Shown one piece after another: positions 7,659 through 12,672 of a DNA stretch of 12,672 nt (the stretch's first letter is position 1; every line of letters begins with the position of its first letter). The DNA is from a candidate division FCPU426 bacterium (GTDB lineage Bacteria; Oederibacteriota; Muellerivitia; Muellerivitales; Muellerivitaceae). Location: contig CAWHOE010000018.1 in assembly GCA_963830915.1 (NCBI GenBank), positions 1 through 12,672 of the forward strand. The letters are read 5' to 3'. Under the pieces are notes generated by a model. The model saw only the letters and a list, made by a program, of their open reading frames with translations, ran no database searches and was not told where the DNA came from. Position numbers and translations under genes: made by a program.

Positions 7659-8936
7659 ATGAAAAAAACAACCTTCACCCTTTTGTTGTGTTCGATCCTA
7701 TCCTGGCCGGCCTTGGCCGCCGCGGCTTCCACCGCGCAAGATTACGAGGATATGGGCAACGCCCTATTCCAGAAGGGCCTATACGCCAAGGCGGCGGACT
7801 ATTTCTCCACCGCGGTCCAGACCGACCCGAACGATTGGAAAGCCTACGAATCCTTGGGCGATAGCTATATGAAGCTCAATGAGCCATCCCAGGCCTTGGA
7901 CGCTTACCAGAAGAGCCTGCAGATCAATCCGGACAACAGCACCTTGAAGGTCTTGGTGGAGAATTTGAGCGGCTCCACGGGCGCCGCCTCCTCAGCCGCC
8001 GCTTCCCCCGCCAATGACCAAACCAACGCCTTATCCCAGGACCACCCATCCATTCCCGCAACCGCCCCTTCCGCTCCCCCAGCTCGGGTCGACCAGGAAG
8101 AATCGATGAATACGACACCCAACAACAATGCTTACCATACGGCCAAGAGCGGGGGATATGGATTGAACCCGATCGACCGTGCCCGCCTCTGGAGCAAGCT
8201 GGAAGTCAGTTATGGTTACTCCGTTCTGACCGAACTCTTCGACAGCGCCACAGCCCAAAACACCTTTATCGCTGACAATAACGGGACTGGTTCGGCCATG
8301 GCCGACAACAGCGGCATGGGCTTTAGGTTCGAGCTGGGGTTCCTCCTGAATCCCAATAACGGCCTGGCGATCGGCGTGGGTTACCTTCAGCCCAACCAAT
8401 ACCAGAACAACCTGAACCTGCAGAACGCGAGCGTCACCTACGCTTCCGACTTCGAGACCGAGACGATCGCCCCTTATGTCGTTCCACTGACACTCGATTA
8501 TTACCTCTTCCTTCCCGACCACGACGGCAGGTTCTTCCTGAGCGCCGGAGTGGGTTATTACTACTCGGTCGTGCACGTGGAGGACAATTACAGCTACAAC
8601 AATCTTTATGGCGCCGGATACAACGACCACTTTTACGGGGACTTGAACAGCGGAGCGGTGGGTTTCCAGATCGGCCTCGGAAGGGAATTCGCCATCAATC
8701 GCCGCTTCGGGATCTCCCTGTTCGCCAGGGGCCGTTACGCCAAGATCACCAACTACCAGGGAACGGTGACCAATCCGGACACGGGAGCCACCGCCAATGA
8801 CGGACTGGCCAACTTCTCGGACGGCTCGGTCCACGCGACCGACCTATCCAATATCGGCAACAGCGGCGTGAAGAACACGACCTTGGATTTCACCGGGTTT
8901 GACGCCGGGTTCGCCTTGATCTTTTACGCTAATTAA
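7659..8936 (+). CDS. Outer-membrane protein: signal peptide + TPR repeats + Ala/Pro/Ser linker + C-terminal beta-barrel (425 aa from ATG 7659)
   Basis: GAGAGG SD before ATG 7659. MKK-type signal peptide. Two TPRs (GNALFQKGLYAKAADYF..DP; LGDSY...ALDAYQKSLQINP). Amphipathic strands (FFLSAGVGYYY, GFQIGLGREF, ISLFARGRY) and terminal GFDAGFALIFY resemble a beta-signal. Confidence 0.88.
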   Translation: MKKTTFTLLLCSILSWPALAAAASTAQDYEDMGNALFQKGLYAKAADYFSTAVQTDPNDWKAYESLGDSYMKLNEPSQALDAYQKSLQINPDNSTLKVLVENLSGSTGAASSAAASPANDQTNALSQDHPSIPATAPSAPPARVDQEESMNTTPNNNAYHTAKSGGYGLNPIDRARLWSKLEVSYGYSVLTELFDSATAQNTFIADNNGTGSAMADNSGMGFRFELGFLLNPNNGLAIGVGYLQPNQYQNNLNLQNASVTYASDFETETIAPYVVPLTLDYYLFLPDHDGRFFLSAGVGYYYSVVHVEDNYSYNNLYGAGYNDHFYGDLNSGAVGFQIGLGREFAINRRFGISLFARGRYAKITNYQGTVTNPDTGATANDGLANFSDGSVHATDLSNIGNSGVKNTTLDFTGFDAGFALIFYAN

Positions 8937-8952
8937 ATAATCGTCCCGAATC

Positions 8953-9016
8953 TTCCTTTCCCCGATTGCAACCCATCGGTCTTTTAGGCCAAGATGGGTT
9001 CAGCCGGGGAAAGGAA
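8953..9016 (+). promoter_or_regulatory. 64-nt stem-loop covering the msrA Shine-Dalgarno sequence
   Basis: TTCCTTTCCCCG (8953-8964) pairs with CGGGGAAAGGAA (9005-9016). AACCCATC (8970-8977) pairs with GATGGGTT (8993-9000). GGTCT/AGGCC forms the apical stem with a TTT loop. Confidence 0.7.
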
Positions 9017-9021
9017 CCTAA

Positions 9022-9617
9022 GTGAAACCCTCCGTTCAAATCATCCTGATCAGCCTGCTCTTCTCTTTTACCGTCGCCGCTCTTTGCCTTCCTAAAACCG
9101 AGACAGCCACCTTCGCGGGCGGCTGTTTCTGGTGCATGACCCCGCCCTTCGAGAAGCTCAAGGGCGTCCTGAAGGTCACGGCGGGATACACGGACGGCAC
9201 CGGCCCTAACCCCACCTATGAGGATTACGCCGAAAAGGGCTATACCGAGGGCGTCCAGGTCACTTATGACCCCTCCCGGATCACTTACGCCGAACTGGTG
9301 GATGTTTTCTGGAAACAGATCAACCCGATCGACCCCAACGGCCAGTTCGTGGACCGGGGACCCCAATACCGGGCCGCCGTCTTTTACCATAATGAGTCCC
9401 AGAGGAAACTGGCCGAGAATCCCGGACGGAGTTGGACCATTCGGGCCGGTTCGACAAACCCATCCTGGTTCCCATCAAGAAATATGTTTCCTTCTTCCCC
9501 GCTGAGGATTACCACCAGGACTACTACAAGAAAAACCCCTTCCATTACGACCTCTACCACGCCAACTCGGGGCGGGACCAATATCTGGACGGGGTCTGGG
9601 GAAAGGGAAAACACTGA
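9022..9617 (+). CDS. msrA: Peptide-methionine (S)-S-oxide reductase MsrA with N-terminal signal peptide (~198 aa; one frameshift at 9418-9419)
   Basis: ATFAGGCFWC active site, GYTDG, NPTYE, EGVQVTYDP, GQFVDRGPQYR. Adding one A at 9418-9419 continues as KSRTELDHSGRFDKPI...FFPAEDYHQDYYKKNP...SGRDQYL to TGA at 9615-9617. Confidence 0.95.
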
Positions 9618-9705
9618 CCGTCCTCTGACTCCCTTTTATTTTTACCTTCCCTCCCTGTATCATTTCGCTGGTTCAAGACTTGTGAATTCCGCGGGGAGGT
9701 CTTTC

Positions 9706-10179
9706 ATGACTAATATCGGTCTGTTGCTTGTTCAATTCCTGCACGTGTTGTTCGGTTCGATCCTGTTGGGGGGAACGGTACTCCTGTATTTCGTCCTATG
9801 GCCGGCCATTCTCAGGCGCCCCCCGGCGGAAGCCAGGGCTTTCTATGAAGGCGGCCTCAAACCCATCCGGGTCCTGATGGCCTCATCCGGCGGGATGACC
9901 TTCCTGTTGGGGATCGTCCGGGGAACGGTTTTTGGGCCCATCCATTCCTTGGAGTCCCTGGAAACGCCCTATGGACTGACCTTCCTGGTCGCCCTGGTCT
10001 TGACCCTGACCATGCTCATCCACGGCCCCAAGATCGGACCATTGTTATTGCGGAAGGTCTGGGACGGGGACCGGTATTCCACGGACGCCCAGAAGATCGT
10101 CCAAAGGATCAATCTGATCCCGATGGTCTCGGTGGTCCTGATCCTGGCCTGCATGGCCCTGATGCATTTCGGTCTTTGA
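9706..10179 (+). CDS. Four-TM integral membrane protein (157 aa; CopD/DUF2269-like topology)
   Basis: Has its own GGAGG SD at 9695-9699 and ATG at 9706. Four hydrophobic segments, FLHVLFGSILLGG in TM1, TPYG before TM3, terminal ACMALMHFGL. Confidence 0.85.
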   Translation: MTNIGLLLVQFLHVLFGSILLGGTVLLYFVLWPAILRRPPAEARAFYEGGLKPIRVLMASSGGMTFLLGIVRGTVFGPIHSLESLETPYGLTFLVALVLTLTMLIHGPKIGPLLLRKVWDGDRYSTDAQKIVQRINLIPMVSVVLILACMALMHFGL

Positions 10180-10222
10180 CCCGAAGGCCGAAAAAACGTT
10201 TTTCCGAACCTGATTACCGGCT

Positions 10223-10250
10223 TTGCGTTTCGCGTCTCCGGGGGTAGGAT
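10223..10250 (+). promoter_or_regulatory. Candidate sigma70 promoter TTGCGT-N16-TAGGAT for the esterase gene
   Basis: Partial -35/-10 matches about 60 nt upstream of the TTG start. GGAGG SD at 10303-10307. Confidence 0.3.
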
Positions 10251-10312
10251 GAAACCCATCCTTTCCCGCGGGAAGAATTCCCCAGTCCCGCGGCAATAAC
10301 CCGGAGGCCTCT

Positions 10313-12263
10313 TTGAAACCACGGAACTTGTTCCTGACGACCGCTTTATGCTTGATCACCGCGTCCGCTTCGGCGCAGTTCAAACTCCCGGCCATCCTGG
10401 GAGACCATATGGTCCTTCAACAGGATAAACCGGTCATCCTATGGGGTTGGGATAAGGCGGGTCAGACCGTCACCGCGGCCTTGGGTGGGAATTCCGCCTC
10501 GGTCACGGCGGACGCGCAGGACCAATGGAAGCTGACCCTTCCCCCGATGAAAAGCGGGGGACCCTATGACCTGATCCTGAACGGGTCCTCCTCCGTCACC
10601 TTGACCGACATCCTCGCGGGGGAAGTCTGGGTGGCCTCGGGCCAGTCCAACATGGAATTCCCCATGCACAACACCCATGACGCGGCTCAACAGATCCCCC
10701 AGGCCCAATATCCCCAAATCCGGCTTTTCACCGTGGAGAAAGCCGTGAATCAGAACCCCGCCCAGGACCTCAAGGGGACCTGGAAAATCTGTACCCCCGA
10801 GTCTGTCCCTGATTTTTCCGCCGTGGCTTACCACTTCGGAAAAAACCTCCATAAAACCTTGAAGGTGCCCTTCGGTTTGATCGCCAGCGACTGGGGAGGG
10901 ACCCCCGCCGAGACATGGACCCCCCGCCAGGCCCTCGAACAAGACCCGGCCTTGGCGGACATGCTGACCCAGTGGGACAAGAAGAATGAGGACCAGAAGA
11001 AGATCTGGACCCAAGGGATGGATTACGACCTTCAATTATCCGACATCCGGTTGATCCCCAAGGACGGCAAGTCCGCCCCGGCCACCATTGAGTTAGGGGC
11101 GGTCAAGACACCGGGCAATCCCAAGGACTTGGGAACGGGTTGGGCTCATTCGGAAAAACCCGGGTCCACCGGGACCTACACGCTGACAGGACAAGCCCAT
11201 TCGGGAAATGGCCCCGCGGGCCGTTATACCGGGGTCCTGCAAGGAGGGGCTTGGGGAGGCATCACCACGCCCCTGTCCACCGATCCCAAAGGGATCGACC
11301 TGACCGGCTATGGCTCCATCGAGTTCTGGGCCAAGGGGAACGCTTCCTTCTCCATCGCCTTGGGACAGCCTTCCATCACCGATTACGATTATTACGCCTC
11401 GGACGCCTTGACACTGACTTCCGATTGGAAACTCTACCAGATCCCTATCCAGGCGCTCCATCAAGGCGGATGGGGAGTCCCCAAACCGTTCACCCAGGAC
11501 CAGATCAGTGTCATGACCTATTCCATCCATGTCTCCTACTGGCCCGATTTCCTGTCCCTGGCTTATAACGGGATGATCGCTCCCCTGACTTCCTTACCCA
11601 TCCGGGGCGTGATCTGGTACCAGGGGGAATCCAACACAGGAAGACCGTACCAATACCATTCCCTGCTTTCCGCCATGATCAAGAGCTGGCGTCAGGCCTG
11701 GAATGAGGGGGATTTCCCGTTCCTGATCGTCCAGCTTCCCAACTTCATGAAAACCCAACCCCAACCGAGTGAGAGTTCCTGGGCGGAATTGAGGGAAGCC
11801 CAGCTTCAAACCCTGGATCAGCCTAACACGGGAATGATCACCACCATCGATTTGGGGGACCCCGACAACATCCATCCCAGGAATAAGACCGAGGTGGGCA
11901 GACGCTTGTCTCTGGCCGCCTTGAAACTGGTCTATGGAAAGAAGGTTGTGGCTTCAGGCCCGGTGTTCCGGTCGATGAAGGCGGTCGACGGCAAGCTGGT
12001 CTTGAGCTTCGATAACATCGGGGGAGGGCTGAAAAGCGGGGGGGATGAGCTTCAGGGGTTCGCGGTGGCGGGAGCGGATGGACCCTACCACTGGGCGAAA
12101 GCCCGCATCCATAAAAACAAGGTCGAGATTCGGGAGCGATGACGTGAAGGAACCCGCCCGGGTCCGCTACGCCTGGGCCGATAATCCGATATGCGACCTT
12201 TTCAACAAGGAAGGACTGCCCGCCTCGCCCTTCCAGGCTTCGTTGGACAAGACCGCTCCCTGA
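10313..12263 (+). CDS. Secreted sialate O-acetylesterase-family (SASA/SGNH) carbohydrate esterase with an inserted CBM11/CIA30-like domain (~649 aa; one frameshift at 12132-12134)
   Basis: Signal peptide, [67 protein letters not shown]. Removing one G restores the conserved C-terminus VRYAWADNP...[12 protein letters not shown]. Confidence 0.93.
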
Positions 12264-12291
12264 AGGAGAAAAAGAACCTCTCGGACTGGAT

Positions 12292-12672
12292 CTATTTCCG
12301 GGAGGTTTCTTCCACCACTTCCATGGCGCCGAAAACCACATTGGCGTTCACGATCAGCCTGGGTTTGCCTTCCTGATAGGCCTTGGTCTTATAGATATAG
12401 GTCCCGAGGGCCGAGGAGCTTCCATCCGGCAGACGGGCCTCCCCGAAGGCCGAACTGGTCCTGACCAGGGCCGGGGTATCCGCCTTGATCTTGATGATCG
12501 TCTCGCCAAAGACCGTGTTGGATTCCACTACGATATCCTGATCCTTGAGGACCAGGTCCGTCAGGTCCATGGTCCCCTTTCCGAAGACCACGTCCGTCTT
12601 TTTCCCGGGTCGGTCGAAACACTAGCCGGAGGAGGAGCCGCGTCCTGCCGGGGAAGTCCCCGATGGAACCCT
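12292..12672 (-). CDS. LiaF-like (cell-wall-active antibiotic response, DUF2154-type) protein, C-terminal part; 5' end outside the window; probable frameshift at 12599-12603
   Basis: Repeated VVFG/TVFG/SAFG/VVFG motifs (DVVFGKGTMDLT, NTVFGETIIKI, NANVVFGAMEV) are typical of this domain. One extra A in the A-run joins an open upstream frame (GFHRGLPRQDAAPPPASVSTDPGK). Confidence 0.75.

Noticed and set aside
9022..10179. 385-aa MsrA-membrane protein fusion in the ORF track
   Set aside because: Produced by a single missing A at 9418-9419. The real MsrA C-terminus (FFPAEDYHQDYY) is in another frame ending at 9617, and the membrane gene has its own SD and ATG at 9706.
1082..12341. Numerous long antisense or alternate-frame ORFs (e.g. 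1082-1645, 3904-4371, 6264-7061, 8031-8834, 10439-11035, 11838-12341)
   Set aside because: They overlap well-supported genes, have Arg/Gly/Pro-rich composition typical of high-GC shadow frames, and show no family motifs.
12622..12624. Second in-frame TAG upstream of the LiaF-like ORF, suggesting amber recoding
   Set aside because: Better explained by a one-base loss in the 12599-12603 homopolymer, which links to a different, open upstream frame. TAG serves as a normal stop elsewhere in the window.

Overview
High-GC (~60%) chromosomal DNA from a diderm bacterium, judged by an outer-membrane beta-barrel gene. Minus strand, right to left: a VLCAD/ACAD9-like acyl-CoA dehydrogenase, two translationally coupled GNAT acetyltransferases, a ~550-bp non-coding repeat array, a Thr/Pro-rich putative lipoprotein, and a lower-GC secreted protein that runs off the left edge and is missing from the ORF track. 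Plus strand: a small acidic ORF, a GT-C-like polytopic membrane protein with a C-terminal TPR, a TPR + beta-barrel protein, an exported MsrA, a 4-TM protein and a sialate O-acetylesterase-family SGNH esterase. A LiaF-like gene enters from the right edge. Five genes carry six single-base frameshifts plus one in-frame TAG, mostly in short homopolymers, which most likely reflects sequencing/consensus error. The most striking element is the array at ~1700-2250: four different motif families, including palindromes with compensatory changes, all sit on one ~10.57-bp helical register over 45 turns. Also notable are an apparently circularly permuted CBM11/CIA30-like domain inside the esterase and a 64-nt hairpin that covers the msrA ribosome-binding site.
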